Source: an uncultured Acidobacteriota bacterium
Lineage (GTDB): Bacteria; Acidobacteriota; Terriglobia; Terriglobales; Acidobacteriaceae
Length of the DNA stretch: 64,000 nt
Direction: 5' to 3'
Assembly (NCBI GenBank): GCA_963817855.1
Contig: CAWFQA010000004.1
Coordinates: 369,668 to 433,667, forward strand
Below, in pieces: positions 58,017 to 64,000 of this stretch; the stretch's first letter is position 1; each line of letters opens with the position of its first letter. The notes beneath the pieces were generated by a model. That model did no database searches, had not been told where the DNA came from, and saw only the letters and a list, made by a program, of their open reading frames with translations. A program made the translations under genes and the position numbers.

Positions 58017-60104
58017 ATGCGATTTCGTCCACGCATCCATTCTATTGTCGTCGTTTCGGCTTGCATATTTTTTGCGCCGTCAGCGGTGATCCTCCGTGCA
58101 CAGAGCGCGGAGAATGCCTCGAAACCGACCACGCCTGGAATTAACGTCACCAACATGGACCGTTCGGTAATCCCTGGAGATAACTTCTATCTCTATGCCA
58201 ATGGCCAGTGGATCAAGCGGACCGTAATCCCCGCCGATCGTGCAGGCATCGGCGTTTTCACCACGCTGGATGACAGGGCCAATAAAAATACCGCAGCATT
58301 GATTCAGGAATCCGCCAAGGCGAACGCTCCGGCTGGGTCGGAGGCGCGCAAAATCGCCGATCTGTACAACTCATACATGGATGAATCCGGCATTGAGGCG
58401 AAAGGGCTGGAGCCGTTGCAACCTCAACTTGCCGCCACTGCTGCGATCAAAACCAAGCGAGATCTGGCCCGCGCCCTGGGTGAAAGCCTGCGGGCCGATG
58501 TGGATCCGCTCAACAACACCAACTTCCATACGGCAAATCTATTCGGGCTGTGGGTTGCGCCGGGCTTTCACGATCCGGAACATTACCATCCGTATCTGCT
58601 GGCGGGTGGAATTGAGCTGCCGAACCGCGAGTATTACCTGAGTGACAGCGTTCACATGAAGGAGATACAGGCGAAATATCACGCCCACGTGGCAGCGATG
58701 TTTCGCCTTGCCGGGCTCGACGACGCAGATGCACGGGCAAATCGTGTGATCGCGTTGGAACATGCAATTGCGAAAACGCATCCAAGCCTGGCCGAGGACG
58801 AAGACATTCACAAGGCGGACAACACGTGGAAGCGCTCGGAATTCGCTACGAAAGCTCCGGGTCTGGATTGGGCGGAATATTTCCGTGCCGCCAAGCTAGC
58901 CGACCAGGACAGTTTTATCGTATGGCAGCCGAGTGCGTTTACCGGTGAAGCCGCGCTGGTGGCCTCGACTCCGTTGGACGCCTGGAAAGATTGGTTGGCG
59001 TATCACTTGATTGAACAGTATGCGGGAGTGTTGCCAAAAGCCCTTGCGGAGGAGAAGTTTGATTTCTTTGGGAAGACTCTGGTTGGCGTACCGCAACAGC
59101 GTCCCCGTGCGCAGCGCGGAGTTTTCATCGTCGACGGTCTGCTAGGTGACGCCGTTGGGAAAATCTACGCAGAACGCTACTTCTCGCCGGAAGCGAAGGC
59201 CGCAGCGCAGGCCATGGTCGCCAACATCATCGCAGCATACCGTGTACGCATCGAAGCGCTCACCTGGATGGCTTCCGCCACCAAAGCAGAGGCTGAGGCC
59301 AAACTAAGGGCGCTCTATGTGGGCGTCGGCTATCCGGAAACTTGGCACAGCTACGAGGGTTACCTAGTGAAGCCGGATGACATTTTCGGCAACGTCTGGC
59401 GCGCTGGAACGTTTCGCTATCACCAGCAGATCGAGCGCCTGGGCAAGGATGTTGACCGCAAGGAATGGTCGATGACGCCGCAAACGGTCAACGCGGTGAA
59501 CCTGCCGTTGCAGGACGCACTAAACTTTCCCGCGGCAATTCTCCAACCGCCCTTTTTCGATGCGAAAGCACCTGCGGCAGTTAATTACGGAGCGATTGGG
59601 TCGGTCATCGGACATGAAATCAGTCACACTTTCGATACAGAAGGCAGCACCTTCGACGCCACGGGTCGTCTGCGCGACTGGTGGACTCCGGCGGACTTGG
59701 CACATTTCGAGGCCGCAACGGCGAAGTTGGCGGCCCAGTACGACACCTATATGCCGTTCCCTGATCTAAATGTGAATGGCAAACAGACGCTAGCTGAAGA
59801 CATCGCGGATGTCGCAGGAATTTCCGCAGCGTACGACGGCTATCACGCGTCGCTCGGCGGCAAAACTGCGCCGAAACAAGATGGGTTCACAGGCGACCAG
59901 CAGTTCTTTATCGCCTTCGGCCAGAACTGGGGGTCAAAAGAGCGGCCGCCAGCGTTACGCCGCCAGGTCATGACGGATCCGCACGCACCCGCGCAATATC
60001 GCGCCGACACGGTGCGCAACATCGACGCCTGGTATGCAACCTTCGATGTGAAACCAGGTCAGAAGCTGTACCTGGCTCCGCCGGATCGTGTTCGTATCTG
60101 GTAA
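58017..60104 (+). CDS. M13 family zinc metallopeptidase (PepO / endothelin-converting-enzyme-like)
   Basis: AGGAG RBS before the ATG at 58017. Signal peptide, HEISH zinc motif (VIGHEISHTFD), EDIADVAG and NxPAQYR-like segments. Confidence 0.9.
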   Translation: MRFRPRIHSIVVVSACIFFAPSAVILRAQSAENASKPTTPGINVTNMDRSVIPGDNFYLYANGQWIKRTVIPADRAGIGVFTTLDDRANKNTAALIQESAKANAPAGSEARKIADLYNSYMDESGIEAKGLEPLQPQLAATAAIKTKRDLARALGESLRADVDPLNNTNFHTANLFGLWVAPGFHDPEHYHPYLLAGGIELPNREYYLSDSVHMKEIQAKYHAHVAAMFRLAGLDDADARANRVIALEHAIAKTHPSLAEDEDIHKADNTWKRSEFATKAPGLDWAEYFRAAKLADQDSFIVWQPSAFTGEAALVASTPLDAWKDWLAYHLIEQYAGVLPKALAEEKFDFFGKTLVGVPQQRPRAQRGVFIVDGLLGDAVGKIYAERYFSPEAKAAAQAMVANIIAAYRVRIEALTWMASATKAEAEAKLRALYVGVGYPETWHSYEGYLVKPDDIFGNVWRAGTFRYHQQIERLGKDVDRKEWSMTPQTVNAVNLPLQDALNFPAAILQPPFFDAKAPAAVNYGAIGSVIGHEISHTFDTEGSTFDATGRLRDWWTPADLAHFEAATAKLAAQYDTYMPFPDLNVNGKQTLAEDIADVAGISAAYDGYHASLGGKTAPKQDGFTGDQQFFIAFGQNWGSKERPPALRRQVMTDPHAPAQYRADTVRNIDAWYATFDVKPGQKLYLAPPDRVRIW

Positions 60105-60131
60105 AGCGCGACCGAAATTGCTGCCGTTCGA

Positions 60132-61697
60132 TCAGTACCAGTTCCTGACATTGGGCCAATAGGCGGAGAGGGGAACCTTTCCGCCGCGGCAGAGATAGAT
60201 GGGCCCGTTTTCAAATGGCATCGCTAGCGGGTTGTCGACTTCTCCAACCTGCTGCACGGAATGGCAGTACTTCTCGACGCCGGATTTCGACTCGCCAACG
60301 ACAATCAATAGGTCACCGGAGTAGCCACGCGGCCCCCAGAAGTAATAATTCTGGTGACCGCTGATTGCCGGCGGAAGGCCATACTTGGGTCCGAACAAAT
60401 CGATCGCGCCGGCCTCGCCATAGTTGCTGCAGAAAATTCCCGCCTTGGCCCGATCGGCAGGCGTTAGCGAGTTGTAAATTCGCGCGACTTCGGCTACCAG
60501 TCCGTTCCAACCAAATCGGTCCGCATAGAACTGAGGCAGGGGACCTGTCTTTGCAGTCTCCGTGTTCTGGCTGGTCATGTGGAGCGCTTGGGTGTAGCGA
60601 ATCCAGGTATAGGGAGGCATGACAGGAATTCCCATGGGCAGCGTGATCGAGCCGAGGACGACCATCACAGTGCACCAGGCTGGCAGCAGCCAGGCAGTTT
60701 TTCGCGAATCGGAAAAGAGATTCTGCCAGGCCAGTGCCCCGGCAGCGAATAAGACCGGATACACCGGAGCAACATAGTAATCCTTGGCAAACAGGTGGAT
60801 CATGATCGCGAGCAGTACGACGTACATCAGTCCAATCCAGCGGAACCCACGCGCGAATTTCGCGATGAACAGCCAAACCAATCCCGGCAGCAGAAGGAAA
60901 ATGCTGATCGGATTCAGCATCATGATTTGGGCGCCAATGAATGCCAGAGGGCCGAGCTTGACATTCTTATGGCTGTGGTTCACGTTGTTCAGCCACACCA
61001 GCGTAGGCCATTGATGATGAATCTGCCACAACAAATAAGGCAGCGAGATCAGGACGATCAGTCCGACGGCCGCGAGCGTCCATCGACTCCAAAGGATCCG
61101 CCGTTGCGGAGTCAGTAGAAGTCCAATCAGCAGGGCCATCAGAAAAAATGCCATGGAGGGTTTATTCAACAAGCCCATGCCACCGAGGATGCCAAACACG
61201 GTCCACCATTTCGGACTACTGCCGTTCACCATGAACAGCAGCACGACCATGCATCCCATCCAGAAGACCGGCTCGAAGGAATTCATGGACAGAAAGCTGT
61301 CGATTCCCAGATAGACCGGCGCAATCAGGATCGCGATCATTGCCATCACCTGAGCGATCCGTCGGCCGCCTAATTGCCACGCTAAAATTCCTGTGAGGAA
61401 CACTTTTGCAGCGCCCGCGAATGCCGAGAAGCTGCGAAACATGGCAAGGTGATGGAAGCCGAATAGCATTTCAGCGATGCGTGCCTGCAGAGCAACCATG
61501 GGCGCCTGATCGACATAGCCCCACGCAAGGTGCCGTCCGCAGACGATGTAGTACATTTCGTCGCGAAAAATTCCATAGCCAAAATGCTGCGCCAGAAGAT
61601 TTCCGACAAACTCAACTGCAAATTTGATCGCTGCGAATGTGAGAGCAAGCTGAACGACCGGTTTGCAGGATTCTGCAGTGATAGTTTGAATTCTCAT
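60132..61697 (-). CDS. Glycosyltransferase family 39 (ArnT/PMT-like) membrane protein
   Basis: FRDEMYYIVCGRHLAWGYVDQAPM loop motif after TM1, more than 10 TM helices and a soluble C-terminal domain. Confidence 0.85.
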   Translation of the reverse strand: MRIQTITAESCKPVVQLALTFAAIKFAVEFVGNLLAQHFGYGIFRDEMYYIVCGRHLAWGYVDQAPMVALQARIAEMLFGFHHLAMFRSFSAFAGAAKVFLTGILAWQLGGRRIAQVMAMIAILIAPVYLGIDSFLSMNSFEPVFWMGCMVVLLFMVNGSSPKWWTVFGILGGMGLLNKPSMAFFLMALLIGLLLTPQRRILWSRWTLAAVGLIVLISLPYLLWQIHHQWPTLVWLNNVNHSHKNVKLGPLAFIGAQIMMLNPISIFLLLPGLVWLFIAKFARGFRWIGLMYVVLLAIMIHLFAKDYYVAPVYPVLFAAGALAWQNLFSDSRKTAWLLPAWCTVMVVLGSITLPMGIPVMPPYTWIRYTQALHMTSQNTETAKTGPLPQFYADRFGWNGLVAEVARIYNSLTPADRAKAGIFCSNYGEAGAIDLFGPKYGLPPAISGHQNYYFWGPRGYSGDLLIVVGESKSGVEKYCHSVQQVGEVDNPLAMPFENGPIYLCRGGKVPLSAYWPNVRNWY

Positions 61698-61817
61698 CGG
61701 CTCTCCGGGCAAATGGTAAGTTCGGCTGCGGCTGCGAATAAATTTGAATACGGAGATGTGAGCGAAAAGTTCCCGCGCCGTCCATTCACGTCTGCAGCAA
61801 TCGAGCGAAGAGGGGAA

Positions 61818-63716
61818 TTATTCCGGCGGTTCGCTTGCGGGAACCGAGGCCTGGAAATGGGTGCAGATGGCTTCTGCAACCTTGCGCGATACGACCGACT
61901 GCAGCGCTTCAAGAGACGCGGACTGGATGGCCTGCAAGCTGCCGAAATGAGTGATGAGGCGATTGCGGGTTTGCGCGCCGACGCCAGGAATGTGCAGCAG
62001 GTCAGAGTCGCGATCGCGCATTTCTCGCCGCTTGCGATGATAAGTGACGGCGAATCGATGTGATTCATCGCGGATGCGCTGCACCAAATGCAGCACCGGC
62101 GAGTGACGATCGAGCACCACCGGATCGTCTTCCTGGCCATACACGTAAATCACTTCTTCCCGTTTTGCGATTGCCGCCAACGGCTGACTGGTGAAGCTCA
62201 ACTCCTCCAGCGCGGCCGCCGCGGCATGCAACTGGCCTAATCCGCCGTCAATTAAAATCAGGCTGGGCATGGGCCGATGTTCCTCTTGCAGTCGACGATA
62301 GCGCCGAGTAACGACCTCTCGCATACTGGCAAAATCATCGACGCCCTCGACCGACTTTACCTGAAATTTGCGATATTCCGACTTGTTCATTGCGCCCTTT
62401 TCCCACACCACCATCGAGGCTACAGTTTCCGCGCCTTGAATGTGGGAAATATCGAAACACTCGATGCGCTCTGGAAGCGCGGGCAGGTTGAGGGCATCCT
62501 GCAGCGCCTCCTGAATCACTCGAATGCTCGGTTGCAGCACGCGAAAACGTTGATCGTACGATTGCTTGGCGTTCTGACCGGCAAGGTCCAGCAGGGAACG
62601 CTTCTCACCGCGCTGCGGCACCGCGATTTCAACTTTGTGACCAGTGTGCTCGCACAGTAGTTCCGCCAGCGGCGCGCGATCGGCAAAGTCCACGGGGACG
62701 TATATATTTCGCGGAACATATTGCTGGTCGATGTACAGCTGCTTCAGCAACGCGGAGAAGAAAACAGCGGGAGCAAATGTTTCCGCCGGAGAATCACCGC
62801 TCGTTGTGTCCGCTTCGCCTTCTGCGGGAAAGGGAACCTGCGCTTCAGGAAACTCGGGCAAGTCTTCCCAGAAGAATTCGCGGCGATCGACAATGCGGCC
62901 ATTGCGAATATGGAACAGATTCGCCGCCAGCATTCCTTTTTCGTAATGGAAGCCGAAGACATCGGCATCGTCATCCGATGCGGCGGCGATGCGCTGTTTT
63001 TCCTGCAATTGATGCAGAGTAATCACCAGGTCGCGATAACGGCCTGCCAGCTCAAATTGCTCGTTAGCGGCTGCGGCCTGCATTCTCTGTTCGAGCGATT
63101 TCTCCAATTCATCGGCATGACCTTCCAGCATCAAGCGCACGTCACGCACCGATTCGGCATAGATATCTGGAGTCGTGAGGCCCTCCACGCATGGGCCCAG
63201 GCAGCGATGAATGTAGTACTGCAGACAGGGGCGCGGATGGTAGCGCGACAGATCGACCTTGCAACTGGGAATGAGAAATGTGCGGTGAATCAGATCGACA
63301 ATGCGGTAAGCAAGATTCCCCGGAAAATAGGGACCGTAGTAGATGGCGCCGTCTTTGCGGACCCGTCGGGTGACCAGGACCTTGGGGTAGCGATCGCCGA
63401 GCGTGAGTTTCACATAGGGATAGGTCTTGTCATCTCGCAGCAGTACATTAAAGCGAGGCTTGCGCTGCTTAATCAGATTGTTTTCCAGAGCCAGCGCTTC
63501 GTGCTCATTCGCGACCAGAATGTATTCCAGGTCGACGGCTTCCCGCATCAGAGAACCGGTTTTTGCATTGGCCTGCGCCGCCTCAAGAAAATACGAACGC
63601 ACTCGGGACCGCAGATTCTTGGCCTTGCCGACGTAAATTACCTTTCCGTCGGCATCGTGAAATAGATAGACGCCGGGGCCGGCTGGCAGCGTGCGAATTT
63701 TCTCGTGTAAATCCAT
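61818..63716 (-). CDS. uvrC: Excinuclease ABC subunit C
   Basis: GIY-YIG domain (GVYLFHDADGKVIYVGKAKNLRSRVRSYF), UVR domain, RNase-H-like endonuclease domain, and C-terminal (HhH)2 (LLHIPGVGAQTRNRLITHFGS). Confidence 0.95.
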   Translation of the reverse strand: MDLHEKIRTLPAGPGVYLFHDADGKVIYVGKAKNLRSRVRSYFLEAAQANAKTGSLMREAVDLEYILVANEHEALALENNLIKQRKPRFNVLLRDDKTYPYVKLTLGDRYPKVLVTRRVRKDGAIYYGPYFPGNLAYRIVDLIHRTFLIPSCKVDLSRYHPRPCLQYYIHRCLGPCVEGLTTPDIYAESVRDVRLMLEGHADELEKSLEQRMQAAAANEQFELAGRYRDLVITLHQLQEKQRIAAASDDDADVFGFHYEKGMLAANLFHIRNGRIVDRREFFWEDLPEFPEAQVPFPAEGEADTTSGDSPAETFAPAVFFSALLKQLYIDQQYVPRNIYVPVDFADRAPLAELLCEHTGHKVEIAVPQRGEKRSLLDLAGQNAKQSYDQRFRVLQPSIRVIQEALQDALNLPALPERIECFDISHIQGAETVASMVVWEKGAMNKSEYRKFQVKSVEGVDDFASMREVVTRRYRRLQEEHRPMPSLILIDGGLGQLHAAAAALEELSFTSQPLAAIAKREEVIYVYGQEDDPVVLDRHSPVLHLVQRIRDESHRFAVTYHRKRREMRDRDSDLLHIPGVGAQTRNRLITHFGSLQAIQSASLEALQSVVSRKVAEAICTHFQASVPASEPPE

Positions 63717-63886
63717 GAAAGAGGGCGCCAATACCAGTTTATGCGTTTTTCTGCGGGTTCCAAATCGCCGCCCCGGCGTGTCGGCCGCATGTAAAAATTG
63801 CCGTTTGTGCTTAAATCTCGAAATTGCGAACTTTACAAAAGTTTGGTAACCGAAAGAAAACGAATGACTTAGTAAAAATGTACGAA

Positions 63887-63902
63887 TGGCTGGTGGATTG
63901 CA
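63887..63902 (+). promoter_or_regulatory. Sigma-54 (RpoN) -24/-12 promoter-like element
   Basis: TGGCTGGTGGATTGCA fits TGGC-N7-TTGCA with canonical GG/GC spacing. It lies 56 nt upstream of the ATG at 63958, in an AT-rich intergenic region. Confidence 0.35.
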
Positions 63903-63957
63903 TCATACCAACAAAGACGCTGAACGCTTTTGCGTCATTTACAGGGAGAAGCTGGCT

Positions 63958-64000
63958 ATGACACGGACTGCAAGAAGTTCAAAAATTTACCTTGGCGGAG
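63958..64000 (+). CDS. Start of an unidentified gene running off the window
   Basis: ATG preceded by AGGGAGA. Only 14 codons are visible (MTRTARSSKIYLGG), so no product can be called. Confidence 0.3.
   Translation, partial: MTRTARSSKIYLGG

Noticed and set aside
62721-63665. 314-aa plus-strand ORF antisense to uvrC
   Set aside because: It is a shadow ORF opposite a full-length, motif-rich uvrC, with no RBS and no recognisable domain.
1-64000. Search for tRNA, rRNA, CRISPR arrays, IS elements and riboswitches
   Set aside because: I found no T-loop-like GGTTCGAATCC motifs outside coding frames, no spaced direct repeats, no transposase-like ORFs and no leader I could recognise as a riboswitch. 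Absence by eye is not proof, and an Infernal, tRNAscan or ISfinder run would settle it.

Overview
GC-rich bacterial chromosomal segment. The gene content is most consistent with an Acidobacteriota (Terriglobia-like) genome, which is an inference from PadR plus a membrane partner, a carboxypeptidase-regulatory-like TonB receptor, a CRTAC1/ASPIC-UnbV plus TPR pair, a DUF4382 lipoprotein and b558-type sdhCAB. About 45 apparently intact protein genes are present, mostly housekeeping. They cover DNA repair (lhr-nei, pcrA, uvrC, EndoIII-like, rdgB), the TCA cycle (acnA, icd-mdh, sdhCAB), gatB, purD, and envelope functions (a fused lptF-lptG followed by an msbA-like ABC exporter, GT39, an acyltransferase). 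Also present are two tandem cyclophilins, an orphan pilT-like ATPase and several secreted or membrane hypotheticals. I saw no rRNA, tRNA, CRISPR array, transposase or recognisable defence or toxin system, and I do not claim a novel system here. The unusual signal is localised gene decay. (1) A three-gene TonB-receptor/TPR/CRTAC1 operon (44.9-51.3 kb) carries at least five frame changes. (2) A one-base frame change welds an amino-acid permease onto the downstream adenosine deaminase gene. (3) An MscS-family remnant has a frameshift plus an in-frame stop. (4) A 36-codon relic duplicates the 3' end of the nearby DinB gene. (5) There is an orphan integrase-N-terminus-like ORF. The large housekeeping genes show no disruption. 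Further points are a probable CTG start codon, a fused LptF-LptG permease, a sigma-54-like promoter at the right edge and an 18-bp perfect inverted repeat. All product calls come from motif recognition by eye, with no database search.
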